Below, piece after piece: positions 19,216 to 30,937 of a DNA stretch of 64,000 nt. A program made the position numbers and the translations under genes. The notes under the pieces were generated by a model, which saw only the letters and a program-made list of their open reading frames with translations, did no database searches and had not been told where the DNA came from. Source of the stretch: Pseudomonadota bacterium (GTDB lineage Bacteria; Pseudomonadota; Gammaproteobacteria; Burkholderiales; Burkholderiaceae_C); NCBI GenBank assembly GCA_963205115.1, contig CAUJHV010000045.1, positions 72,259-136,258 on the forward strand. Direction: 5' to 3'. The stretch's first letter is position 1. Every line of letters starts with the position of its first letter.

Positions 19216-20826
19216 TCAGACCGGTTCGAGTTCGGCCACGCGCACGTTGTTCCGCCCCACGCGCTTGGCGCTGCGCATCGCGCGCTCGGCCGCGACGAGC
19301 AACGGCTCGCGCTCGGCGGCGTGCAGCGGGTAGCTCGCCAGTCCCACGGCGGCGCCGACTTCGCCCATGCGGCCGTCGCGCAGCAGGATGGGTTCGGACA
19401 GCCGCGCGACGATGTCGGCCGCCATGCGCTGCGCGCGGGTGGCGGTGGCCGACAGGCCGTCCAGCACCAGCAGCAGCTCGGCGTTGCCCAGGCGCGCGAC
19501 GATGTCGGAGCTGCGCGTCATGGCACGGATGCGGTCGGCGCATTCCTTGAGCACGTGGTCGCCGGCGGCGAAGCCGAAGCGTTCGTTGACGGCCTTGAAG
19601 CCGTCGAGGTCGATGTGCACGACGCAGACTTCCTTGCTGCCGCTCGCGGCGCGCGCCAGGCACTGGTCGAGCGCCGTGTGTGCGGCCTCGCGGTTCTTCA
19701 GGCCGGTCAGCACGTCCTGGCCGGCGCGCTGCGCGGCCATGTCGAGGTCCTTCTTCATCGCCGTGATGTCGACGATCACGCATTCGACCAGCCCGCGGTC
19801 CGGCGCGGCGGCGTCCTGCACGCTGGGCGACACGACGCAGTGCACCCAGCGCGTGGTGCTGACGCGGGCATCGAGCTCGAGATCGGCCAGCGTGGTGCGC
19901 TGGTGCTCCAGCGCCTCCTGCACCAGCGAGCGGATGCGTGACGGGTCCAGGAAGGCGTGCTCGATGAAGCCGCCCTCGCGCCAGCGGCGTGTGTCGGCAT
20001 CGGTGGCGCCCAGCAGGCGCAGCGTGGTGGCATTGCAGTTCAGCAGCCGCCCGCCGCCGTCGATCACGAAGGACCCGGCCTTGGCGAAGCCGAAGACACG
20101 GCGGTATTGCAGCTCGGTGGCTTCGAGATCCTGGCGCAGCTTGCGTTCGCGCTGCGCGCGCTCCTCGAAGCCGTCCAGCAGACCGTTGGCCGCCCGCGCG
20201 ACGATGCCAAATTCGTCGCGGGCGTGCAGGCGGCTGATGGACACCCGTTGGTCCTGGCCCGGTGCGACGCGGCTCATCTGACGGGCCAGGCGGCGCAAGG
20301 GCTTGGCGACGAGCTGGAGGGCCAGGAAGGCCAGCAGCGCCCCGATGGCCAGTGCCGCACCGGCAATCCAGACGGCCGCGGTGTCCGCCTGCCTGCGGGC
20401 CTGGTTCACCAGCACTTGCTGGCGCGCGTGCACGACCAGGCGCCCCAGCGGTTCGGCCGCGGCGGTGGCGGCTTGCAACGGGCGTTCGGTGGTCGGCGGT
20501 ACGCCGGCCGCGGGTGCTGCCACGCCGGCCGCGCGGGCCTCGGCGACGGCCTGCCCTTGGACGTCGACCACGAGCGCGCGTGCCAGGCTGGGATGCGAGG
20601 CGAGGTTCTGCAGCATCGCTTGCAGCTGCGCGGGATCCTTGGCTTGCAGGGCCGCGGCGATCGGCCGCTCCATCGCCGAGACCAGGTGCAAGGTGTCCTG
20701 GCGCCCGCGCTCCAGCGCCTGGCGATAGGCCGCGTCATGGCCGAACCAGACGGCGGGAATCGCCACCACCGCGGTGCTCAGCCACATCGCGCTCAGCAGC
20801 CTCGCCCGTGTGCTCGAGGGTTTCAT
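19216..20826 (-). CDS. Membrane sensor with HAMP, PAS and degenerate GGDEF domain
   Basis: Two TM segments, DEFG (HAMP), PAS, DVLTGLKNR, IDLDGFKAVNERFG; A-site reads GNAEL. Confidence 0.85.
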   Translation of the reverse strand: MKPSSTRARLLSAMWLSTAVVAIPAVWFGHDAAYRQALERGRQDTLHLVSAMERPIAAALQAKDPAQLQAMLQNLASHPSLARALVVDVQGQAVAEARAAGVAAPAAGVPPTTERPLQAATAAAEPLGRLVVHARQQVLVNQARRQADTAAVWIAGAALAIGALLAFLALQLVAKPLRRLARQMSRVAPGQDQRVSISRLHARDEFGIVARAANGLLDGFEERAQRERKLRQDLEATELQYRRVFGFAKAGSFVIDGGGRLLNCNATTLRLLGATDADTRRWREGGFIEHAFLDPSRIRSLVQEALEHQRTTLADLELDARVSTTRWVHCVVSPSVQDAAAPDRGLVECVIVDITAMKKDLDMAAQRAGQDVLTGLKNREAAHTALDQCLARAASGSKEVCVVHIDLDGFKAVNERFGFAAGDHVLKECADRIRAMTRSSDIVARLGNAELLLVLDGLSATATRAQRMAADIVARLSEPILLRDGRMGEVGAAVGLASYPLHAAEREPLLVAAERAMRSAKRVGRNNVRVAELEPV

Positions 20827-21125
20827 GTGACGGTCTCCTGGTCGAGCCGCGGGCGTCCGCGTGAAGAATCGGGAAGGGCGGACCCACGCCTGGCGCCGGG
20901 CTGCGGGGTCGCGCAGGAATTGTCGGAACCGCCTGTGCCCGCTGATTCGCCGAACAAGTCGGCAATCCGCCCCCATGTAGGTCTGGCGCCCGGCGTGGGC
21001 GCGCGTAAGGTGGCGATGCAGGGGTGCGCGTACCCTGTGTCGCACGCACGTGGCCGGCGGCAGCCCGGCAGGCTGCGGGAACACCGACGCGATTGGAGTG
21101 CTCACACCAGCCGCGGCCGGCCCGC

Positions 21126-21151
21126 CTTGAATTGCGCCGCAATCACCCTAC
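21126..21151 (+). promoter_or_regulatory. Sigma32 (RpoH)-type promoter of clpB
   Basis: CTTGAA-N14-CCCTAC versus consensus CTTGAA-N13-17-CCCCAT, upstream of a heat-shock gene. Confidence 0.65.
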
Positions 21152-21196
21152 GTACGTTGGCAGATACGACCCTGCTGTCGAAAGAGGAAACCCATC

Positions 21197-23800
<2,604 letters not shown>

Positions 23801-23876
23801 AGCCGCCCGCGAGGGGCCGGCCGGCGCGGGGCACCAGGGCAGTGCCCCGATCCGGCCGGGTCCCTAGAATCGGCCC

Positions 23877-25523
23877 ATGACATCCAAGAAAGCGACCGCC
23901 GCGCCGGTGGTCATCGTGGGAGCCGGGCTTGCGGGCCTGGCCGTGGCGCTGAACCTGGCCGATCGCATGCCCGTGATCGTGCTGGCCAAACGCCGGCTCG
24001 ACGAAGCGGCCACGGCCTGGGCGCAGGGCGGCATCGTCGGCGTGCTGGGCTCGGACGACAGTGTCGAGTCCCATGTGCGCGACACGCAGGACGCCGGTGC
24101 CGGCATCGTGGACGAGCACACGGCACGCTTCATCGCCGAACGCAGCGCCGCTGCCATCGAGTGGCTGGTGTCGCGCGGCGTGCCGTTTTCCGCCGATCCC
24201 ACGGGCCCGCTGGGCCTGCACCTCACGCGCGAAGGCGGCCACGCGGTGCGGCGCATCGCGCATGCGGCCGACGCCACTGGAAAGGCGATCCACGACGTGC
24301 TGCTGGATCTGGCGCGCCAGCACCCGAACATCTCGTTGCGCCAGCACTGGATGGCGGTCGATCTGATCACCGACCGGCACCTGAAGACCGAAGGCCCGGG
24401 GCGTTGCCACGGTGTCTATGCGCTGGACATGCAGTCGCGCCGCGTCGAAACCCTGCCGGCTTCCGCGGTCGTCCTGGCCACGGGCGGCGTGGGCAAGGTC
24501 TACCGCTACACCAGCAACCCCGACACGGCCACCGGCGACGGCATTGCGATGGCCTGGCGCGCGGGTTGCCGCGCGGCCAACATGGAATTCATCCAGTTCC
24601 ATCCGACCTGCCTTTACCACCCGCAGGAGCGCAGTTTCCTCATCACCGAGGCACTGCGGGGCGAAGGCGCGCTGCTGAAGCTGCCGAACCTCGAAGGCGA
24701 GGCCGCGCGCTTCATGCCCGCGCACGACCCGCGCGCGGAACTGGCGCCGCGCGACATCGTCGCCCGCGCCATCGACTTCGAGATGAAAAAACACGGCGTC
24801 GACCACGTGTGGCTGGACGCCACGCACCTGGGCGAAGCCTTCCTGAAGGAACACTTCCCGACGATCCACGCACGCTGCATGCAGCTGGGCATCGACATCG
24901 CGCGCCAGCCGATCCCGGTGGTGCCGGCCGCGCACTACACCTGCGGCGGCGTGGTCACCGACCTGGACGGCCGCACCGATCTGCCGGGGCTGTTCGCGGT
25001 AGGCGAGACCACGTACACCGGCCTGCACGGCGCGAACCGGCTGGCGAGCAATTCGCTGCTGGAATGTGTGGTGCTGGGCAAGACCTGCGCAGACCGCATC
25101 ATCGACCAGGCCCCTTCCGTCCTGCCGCGGCTGCCGGACTGGGACGAAAGCAAGGTCGAGGATGCCGACGAGCAGGTCGTCATCTCGCACAACTGGGACG
25201 AGCTGCGGCTGCTGATGTGGAACTACGTCGGCATCGTGCGCACGACGCGGCGGCTGGAGCGCGCGCTGCACCGCATCAAGCTGCTGCGCGCGGAGATCGA
25301 AGACTACTACGCCAACTTCCGCGTCACGCGCGACCTGCTGGAGCTGCGCAATCTGGTCGAGTGCGCCGAACTGATCGTGCGCTCGGCCCTGATGCGGCAC
25401 GAGAGTCGCGGCCTGCATTTCAGCCGCGATTTCCCGCACACCCTCCCGGTGAGTTTCCCCACCGTGCTGACACGGCCGGCCCGCAGCGCGGCGCACCGCG
25501 CCGACGGGCATCTGGTTCGATAG
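23877..25523 (+). CDS. nadB: L-aspartate oxidase
   Basis: GAGLAG, WAQGGI, LTREGGH, QFHPT, HYTCGG, GLHGANRLASNSLLE, ESRGLH. Confidence 0.96.
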   Translation: MTSKKATAAPVVIVGAGLAGLAVALNLADRMPVIVLAKRRLDEAATAWAQGGIVGVLGSDDSVESHVRDTQDAGAGIVDEHTARFIAERSAAAIEWLVSRGVPFSADPTGPLGLHLTREGGHAVRRIAHAADATGKAIHDVLLDLARQHPNISLRQHWMAVDLITDRHLKTEGPGRCHGVYALDMQSRRVETLPASAVVLATGGVGKVYRYTSNPDTATGDGIAMAWRAGCRAANMEFIQFHPTCLYHPQERSFLITEALRGEGALLKLPNLEGEAARFMPAHDPRAELAPRDIVARAIDFEMKKHGVDHVWLDATHLGEAFLKEHFPTIHARCMQLGIDIARQPIPVVPAAHYTCGGVVTDLDGRTDLPGLFAVGETTYTGLHGANRLASNSLLECVVLGKTCADRIIDQAPSVLPRLPDWDESKVEDADEQVVISHNWDELRLLMWNYVGIVRTTRRLERALHRIKLLRAEIEDYYANFRVTRDLLELRNLVECAELIVRSALMRHESRGLHFSRDFPHTLPVSFPTVLTRPARSAAHRADGHLVR

Positions 25524-25549
25524 AAGGTGAGGGGAGCGGCGCGGGCCGC

Positions 25550-27328
25550 TCAGGTCAGGGTCGCGAAGCCGGTGTGCTCGGCGACCTCGATGCGGCTGCG
25601 GCCGCGTTCCTTGGCGCGGTACAGCGCCTTGTCGGCGCGTCCGAGCAGGTGTTCGAGCCGGTCGCCGTGCAGCGGGTAGCTGGCCACGCCGGCTGAGAAG
25701 GTCACCGCGGGCAGCCGCTTGCGGCGGAATTCCACGCGCTCCTGGCCGAAGCTCTGCAGCATCCTTTCGATGGCGTCCAGCGCGTGCTCGCCGTCGAGAT
25801 CGGGCATCACGACCACGAATTCTTCGCCGCCGTAGCGGCAGACGATGTCTTGCCGCCGCGCCGTCGCGCCCAGCACCTGTGCCAGCCGCTGCAGCATCAC
25901 GTCGCCCGCGGCGTGTCCCTGGGTGTCGTTGAGCGCCTTGAAGTGGTCCAGGTCGATCAGCACCACGCTCAGCGGCTGGCGTTGCTGGCGCGCCAGCTCG
26001 AGCAGGCCCGGCGCCATCTCGAAGAGGTAGCGCCGGTTGTGCAGGCCGGTCAGCGGGTCGCGCAGCACCTGTTCGCGCAGCTTGGCCTGCAGCAGTTCGT
26101 TTTCCGCCACCTTGGCTTCCAGCGCGCGGTTCAGGTCGGCCAGGCGGCGGCGGTCGCTTTCGGCTTCCATCCGGCTGCGCTGCGCGTGCGCCAGCTCGCG
26201 CTCGACGCGGGCGTAGTCGTGTGCGGCCTGCAAGGCGCGGTTGCGCGCGCGCAGGCCGTGGTCGACGAGTTCTTCGTACAGCGCCTGCGCTTGGCGGTGC
26301 AGGGCCAGCGCGGCGGGGTAGTCGGCCAGCGCCTCGCTGGCGTCGGCCGCCGCGTGCATCAGCTTCATGCGGTGGTAGGGCAGTTCGCTGTCCTGGCGCG
26401 CGGTCAGCGTGCGGCGTGCCAGGTCGCGGGCCAGTGCAAATTCACCGCGGTGCATCAGGCAGCGGGCGCTCAGCCAGGCCCAGAAGGCCGTGCCGTCGAC
26501 ATGCGTGGCGTTGGCGTGCGAACCGCCTTCCAGCCAGGCCTCCGCGCGGTCGATGTCGCCGGCGGCATAGTGCGCCAGGGCCAGCGGAACCGCCACGGCG
26601 GCCAGCGCGCCGGGCAGCTGCAGTTCCGGGTGCTCCATCAGGAACCGCGCCATCTCGGTGGCCTCGGTCAGGCGACCGGCCGCGTGGTGGATGACGATCA
26701 ACAAGGCCGCTGCCGTGGTGACCAGGCGCTTGGCGCCGCTCTGCCGCGCTGCGGTCAATGCTTTTTCGCTGTAGACGCGGGCGTCTTCCAGGTCGAACAG
26801 CTCCTGGTGCATGCCGCCCAGGTTGCACAGCGCCGTGGCGTGGGCCACGGCATTGCCGCTGTCTTCGGAGGCTTCCAGCGCCTCGTAGAAGTGGGTCAAG
26901 GCCCATTCGTGTTCGCCCAGCTGGCGGGCGGTGAGGGCGCGCGTGTGGTGCGCCACGAAGCGGTCCAGGGGTCTGTAGCCGGGATCCTCTTCGGCATCGA
27001 TCGCCTCGTGGATCTCGCGCGCGCGTGCCGGATTGCCGGCTTCCAGCGCCAGCAGCGCCTCGAGCTCGTCGCACATCGCCTGCCCGCGCGTGGACGCGTG
27101 CTGCACGAACAGCAGCCGTGCCGGCTGCAAGGTGCCCTTGGCGGCCTGCAGCGCGCCCATGCGGCCGTCAGCCAGCGCCAGCAGCCAGAAGCCCCAGGCG
27201 GCATCTGCCGAGCCGGCGGCCACGTGGTCCAGGGCCTTGAGCGCCTCGTCGCGCGCATGTCCGGGGTCGAGAAAGCTCGACGCCCAGGCGCGCGTGAGCG
27301 GCCCGTTCGCTTCTTGGGCTTCCGTCAT
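25550..27328 (-). CDS. TPR-containing diguanylate cyclase
   Basis: TPR-like helices; RDPLTGLHNRR, DLDHFK, RQD I-site, intact GGEEF. Confidence 0.9.
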   Translation of the reverse strand: MTEAQEANGPLTRAWASSFLDPGHARDEALKALDHVAAGSADAAWGFWLLALADGRMGALQAAKGTLQPARLLFVQHASTRGQAMCDELEALLALEAGNPARAREIHEAIDAEEDPGYRPLDRFVAHHTRALTARQLGEHEWALTHFYEALEASEDSGNAVAHATALCNLGGMHQELFDLEDARVYSEKALTAARQSGAKRLVTTAAALLIVIHHAAGRLTEATEMARFLMEHPELQLPGALAAVAVPLALAHYAAGDIDRAEAWLEGGSHANATHVDGTAFWAWLSARCLMHRGEFALARDLARRTLTARQDSELPYHRMKLMHAAADASEALADYPAALALHRQAQALYEELVDHGLRARNRALQAAHDYARVERELAHAQRSRMEAESDRRRLADLNRALEAKVAENELLQAKLREQVLRDPLTGLHNRRYLFEMAPGLLELARQQRQPLSVVLIDLDHFKALNDTQGHAAGDVMLQRLAQVLGATARRQDIVCRYGGEEFVVVMPDLDGEHALDAIERMLQSFGQERVEFRRKRLPAVTFSAGVASYPLHGDRLEHLLGRADKALYRAKERGRSRIEVAEHTGFATLT

Positions 27329-27338
27329 GCCGCGGGCC

Positions 27339-27656
27339 TCAGCGGCGCGCCCGCATGGCGGTGCGTGCCTGGATGAAGCCGAAGGCATATTCGACCGATT
27401 CGGAGACGGCCAGCTCGGAGTCGGCACGTTCGCGGTCGCTGAGGAAAAACGCAAAGTCCGCTTCGTGGCGGATGTAGCGCGGCGGCAGACGGTTCAGCGC
27501 CACGCAGGCGACGTCGATCAGCAGCTCCGGGCGATGGCTGACGCCCGGAAACTGCGGCGCCGTCTCGATGACGGCTCGAAAGACGGCCTGCTCATGGTGG
27601 TTCCGGATGGAGCTGAAGTCCAGAGGCATGGCGACGGGCTTGGCTTGGAGGGTCAT
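27339..27656 (-). CDS. ComFB family protein
   Basis: IRNHHEQAV, DVACVALNRLPPRYIRH signature; start 27656 or 27629. Confidence 0.85.
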   Translation of the reverse strand: MTLQAKPVAMPLDFSSIRNHHEQAVFRAVIETAPQFPGVSHRPELLIDVACVALNRLPPRYIRHEADFAFFLSDRERADSELAVSESVEYAFGFIQARTAMRARR

Positions 27657-27840
27657 GCCGCCATATCGGCCAGCCCCGCAAACCGCTTGAGTTGGCGCCA
27701 AAGCCCAATCTGCACGGGAGCCGACGCTCAATCTGGGTTATCGGCGCGCAGGCCCGCCGGCGCCTGCCCGGGTGCACCGGACGGGTGCAGCGCGCGTGCG
27801 ATCCGTACCGCCGCGCGGGCGCCGCCGCCTGCGCGGACCC

Positions 27841-28248
27841 TCAGGGCCAGAAGACCAGCACCCAAGCGGCCACGCAGCCGATCAGGCTGAGCATCACGGC
27901 CGCGCTGCCCAGGTCCTTGGCGCGGCCGAGCAAGGCACGCTGCTCCAGCGACACCGCGTCGGCCAGCGCCTCCACGGCTGAGTTGAGCAATTCGACGATC
28001 AACACCAGCAGGATCGATCCCACCAGCACCACGCGCTGCCACGCGCCCGGCGCCAGCCACAGCGCCAGCACCAGCGCCGGCACGGCCAGGGCCAGCTCCT
28101 GGCGGAATGCCGCTTCGTGGCGATACGCCGCGCGAAAGCCGGCGACCGAATAGCCCGTGGCGCGCCAGATGCGCTGCAGGCCGGAGCGGCTCTTCATCGG
28201 ATGGATGTCGTCGTCTGCCGATTCGGTGGGGTCGGTGGGGCGGCTCAC
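27841..28248 (-). CDS. dgkA: Diacylglycerol kinase
   Basis: EAAFRQEL, VELLNSAVEA..D, AKDLGSAAV; start GTG 28248 or ATG 28197. Confidence 0.93.
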   Translation of the reverse strand: MSRPTDPTESADDDIHPMKSRSGLQRIWRATGYSVAGFRAAYRHEAAFRQELALAVPALVLALWLAPGAWQRVVLVGSILLVLIVELLNSAVEALADAVSLEQRALLGRAKDLGSAAVMLSLIGCVAAWVLVFWP

Positions 28249-28306
28249 GGGTGGGCTTTCGGTCTGCGCCTTCCGGTATTCGCCCTTGGGGCGGCCCGGC
28301 GGGCTC
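28243..28306 (-). repeat. Putative dispersed Burkholderiales intergenic element ('PPGRPKGEYR' type) ending at the dgkA GTG
   Basis: Reads GAGCCCGCCGGGCCGCCCCAAGGGCGAATACCGGAAGGCGCAGACCGAAAGCCCACCCGTGAGC; recognised from memory of similar N-terminal extensions, not searched. Confidence 0.5.
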
Positions 28307-28437
28307 CTGGGATCTGCGGCGTGCGGCAGGAAAAGCCGGCATTGTCCGTCCACCGCGCGGTGCACCATCAGGCCCTGCCGGGCGGCCTTCAGGATGGCGT
28401 CGGCGGGCGGGGTCCGTGGCCATGGTCCAATTCGCGG

Positions 28438-30135
28438 ATGCGTATGGCGCCTTCTTCTTCCGCGACCCGTTCCGATCTGTCCGAAGCCCGCGGACTGCGC
28501 CGCTGGCTGGCCTGGCGCCCGACGCTCAGCGTCGAGGCCGTCGCGCTGCTGGCCGCCCTGTACTGGGCCTTCACGGCCAATGTCGGCTTCGTGCGTGCGG
28601 CGCTGCGCGGGCGTGAGACGGGCGAGACCGGCACGTGGGTTTTTGCGGTCGTGCTGGTGCTGATGGTCGTGGCACTGCACACCTTCCTGCTGCTGCTGGT
28701 GGCGCAGCGCCGCACCGTCAAACCGCTGGTGGCGCTGCTGGCGGTGATCGCCGCGCTGGCAACCTATTACATGGGCGCCTTTGGCGTCTACATGGACCCC
28801 TCGATGCTGCGCAACGTCTTCCGCACCAACCCGGCGGAAGCGGGCGAACTGATCGGGCCGCCGATGCTGCTGCACCTGGCGCTGTTTGCGGGTCTGCCGA
28901 TGCTCGTGTTGTGGCGCATCCACGTGAGCGACCGCCCGTGGCGCCGTGCGTGGTGGGTGCGGGCACTGTGGCTGGTCGGCAGCGTGCTGGCCCTGGTCGG
29001 GCTGCTGCTGAGCATCTTCCAGCCCTTTTCTTCGCTGATGCGCAACCACAAGGAGATGCGCTACCTGATCACGCCAGCCAATCTGCTGTGGTCCAGCAGC
29101 GTGGTGGCGGCCGACGAGTGGCGCGGCGCGGCCAAGCCCAAGGCCGCCATCGGGCTGGACGCCAAGCCCGGGCCTTCGTGGGCGCAGCGCCGCAAGCCGC
29201 TGGTGGTGGTGCTGGTGGTCGGCGAGACCGCACGTGCGGCGAACTGGGGCCTGTCGGGCTACGCGCGCCAGACCACGCCCGAACTGGCCAAGCTGCCGGT
29301 GGTGAATTTTCCGGATGTGTCGGCCTGCGGGACGAATACCGAAACCTCGCTGCCCTGCCTGTTCGCGCCGATCGGGCGGCGCGATTACAACGAGTCGCGC
29401 ATCCGCGGCCAGGAAGGCCTGCTGCAGGTCGTGGCGCGTGCGGGCGTCGGCGTGAACTGGCGCGACAACCAGAGCGGCTGCAAGGGCGTCTGCGACGGCC
29501 TGCCCAGCGTGACCGTGACGCCGGCCATGGCCCCGGCCCTGTGCCCCGACGGCCGCTGCCTGGACGAAGCCCTGGTGCAGGACATGACCCAACGGCTGCA
29601 ACAGGCCTCGGGGACGCAGCTGTGGGTGCTGCACATGATCGGCAGCCACGGGCCCTCGTACTACCGCCGGTATCCGCCGGCCTTTGCGCGATTCCAGCCC
29701 GCGTGCCGTTTCGACGACCTGCAGCGCTGCGGCGTGCCGGAGATCGTCAACGCCTACGACAACACCATCCTCTACACCGATCACGTGGTCGCCACGGCCG
29801 TGCGGGACCTGCTGGCGCAGCAGGACCGCGTGGATTCGGCGCTGCTGTACGTGTCCGACCACGGCGAGTCGCTGGGCGAACACGGTCTGTTCCTGCACGG
29901 CATGCCGATGGCCATCGCGCCGGCGGTCCAGACGAAGGTGCCGATGGTGATGTGGGGCAGCGCCGGACTGGAACAGGCCGTCGGCCTGCGCAGCGGCTGC
30001 CTGGCTGGCGAGTGGGCGCGCCGCGCCAAGGGCCCGGTCACGCACGACAACGTCTTCCACACGGTACTCGGCCTGCTCGACGTGCGCACGTCACTGTTCG
30101 AACCCGCGCTGGACCTCAGCGGCGCCTGCCGCTGA
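28438..30135 (+). CDS. eptA: Lipid A phosphoethanolamine transferase (EptA/PmrC family)
   Basis: Five-TM N-terminus, VVGETARA, CGTNTETSLPC (catalytic Thr), HMIGSHGP, YDNTILYTD, SDHGESLGE, HDN. Confidence 0.9.
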   Translation: MRMAPSSSATRSDLSEARGLRRWLAWRPTLSVEAVALLAALYWAFTANVGFVRAALRGRETGETGTWVFAVVLVLMVVALHTFLLLLVAQRRTVKPLVALLAVIAALATYYMGAFGVYMDPSMLRNVFRTNPAEAGELIGPPMLLHLALFAGLPMLVLWRIHVSDRPWRRAWWVRALWLVGSVLALVGLLLSIFQPFSSLMRNHKEMRYLITPANLLWSSSVVAADEWRGAAKPKAAIGLDAKPGPSWAQRRKPLVVVLVVGETARAANWGLSGYARQTTPELAKLPVVNFPDVSACGTNTETSLPCLFAPIGRRDYNESRIRGQEGLLQVVARAGVGVNWRDNQSGCKGVCDGLPSVTVTPAMAPALCPDGRCLDEALVQDMTQRLQQASGTQLWVLHMIGSHGPSYYRRYPPAFARFQPACRFDDLQRCGVPEIVNAYDNTILYTDHVVATAVRDLLAQQDRVDSALLYVSDHGESLGEHGLFLHGMPMAIAPAVQTKVPMVMWGSAGLEQAVGLRSGCLAGEWARRAKGPVTHDNVFHTVLGLLDVRTSLFEPALDLSGACR

Positions 30136-30159
30136 TCTGCTGCCGAGAAAAACGACCCG

Positions 30160-30852
30160 ATGAACCGAGACCGTTTGCCGTCGCGCGGATGGCTGCTGGC
30201 CCTGGTGGCCAGTCTGCTGTTGATCCTCGCCTGGGACTTGTCAGGCCTGGACTTGTGGCTGACGCGCTTCTTCGCCGATGCGCAGGGCTTCCGCTGGCGC
30301 GAATCCTGGGTGCCGCGGGTCCTGCTGCACGACTGGGCCCGCACGGCCGCGGTGCTGCTGCTGCCCGTGCTGCTGTGGGACGCTGTGCGCCCGCTGTGGC
30401 CCGGGCCTTCGCGGGCCGCGCGCGGCTACTGGCTGGCGGTGATCATCGGCAGCGCGCTGGCGATCTCGGCGCTCAAGCGCATGGCGCTCACCAGTTGTCC
30501 CTGGGACCTGGCGGAATTCGGCGGTGCCGCCCAATATGTGTCGCACTGGGCCTTCGGCGTGCGCGACGGTGGCGCGGGCCACTGCTTTCCGTCAGGACAC
30601 GCGAGCACCGCGTTTGCGTTTCTCGGGCTGGTCATGCTGTGGGAACCCTATGCGCCGCGCGCCGCGCGCCGCATCCTGTGGGTGATCCTGGCTGTGGGGC
30701 TGGTCTTCGCCGGGTCGCAGCTGGTGCGCGGTGCGCACTACCTCAGCCACAGCCTGTGGACAGGCTGGATCTGCCTGGCGCTGGCCCTGCTGGCGCGCAT
30801 CTGGGCGCCGCGGCCGGCCGGCTCGCCGGCGTCCGGCGTGACCCGCGGCTGA
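30160..30852 (+). CDS. PAP2 family membrane phosphatase
   Basis: K...CPW, CFPSGHAS, RGAHYLSH motifs. Confidence 0.88.
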   Translation: MNRDRLPSRGWLLALVASLLLILAWDLSGLDLWLTRFFADAQGFRWRESWVPRVLLHDWARTAAVLLLPVLLWDAVRPLWPGPSRAARGYWLAVIIGSALAISALKRMALTSCPWDLAEFGGAAQYVSHWAFGVRDGGAGHCFPSGHASTAFAFLGLVMLWEPYAPRAARRILWVILAVGLVFAGSQLVRGAHYLSHSLWTGWICLALALLARIWAPRPAGSPASGVTRG

Positions 30853-30871
30853 GGGCTGCGGGTCGCCCGCT

Positions 30872-30918
30872 GTTGCCTCTGTCGCCTCAGTCGCCTCAGT
30901 CGCGTGCGGTCGCGTGCG
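30872..30918. repeat. Short tandem repeats in convergent intergenic region
   Basis: GTTGCCTCT GTCGCCTCA GTCGCCTCA then GTCGCGTGCG x2. Confidence 0.7.
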
Positions 30919-30937
30919 GCCGCGATGGGGCCTGCGT

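Noticed and set aside
28438-30135. Calling eptA a mobile mcr allele
   Set aside because: Host-like GC, no flanking IS, and identity to MCR proteins cannot be determined here
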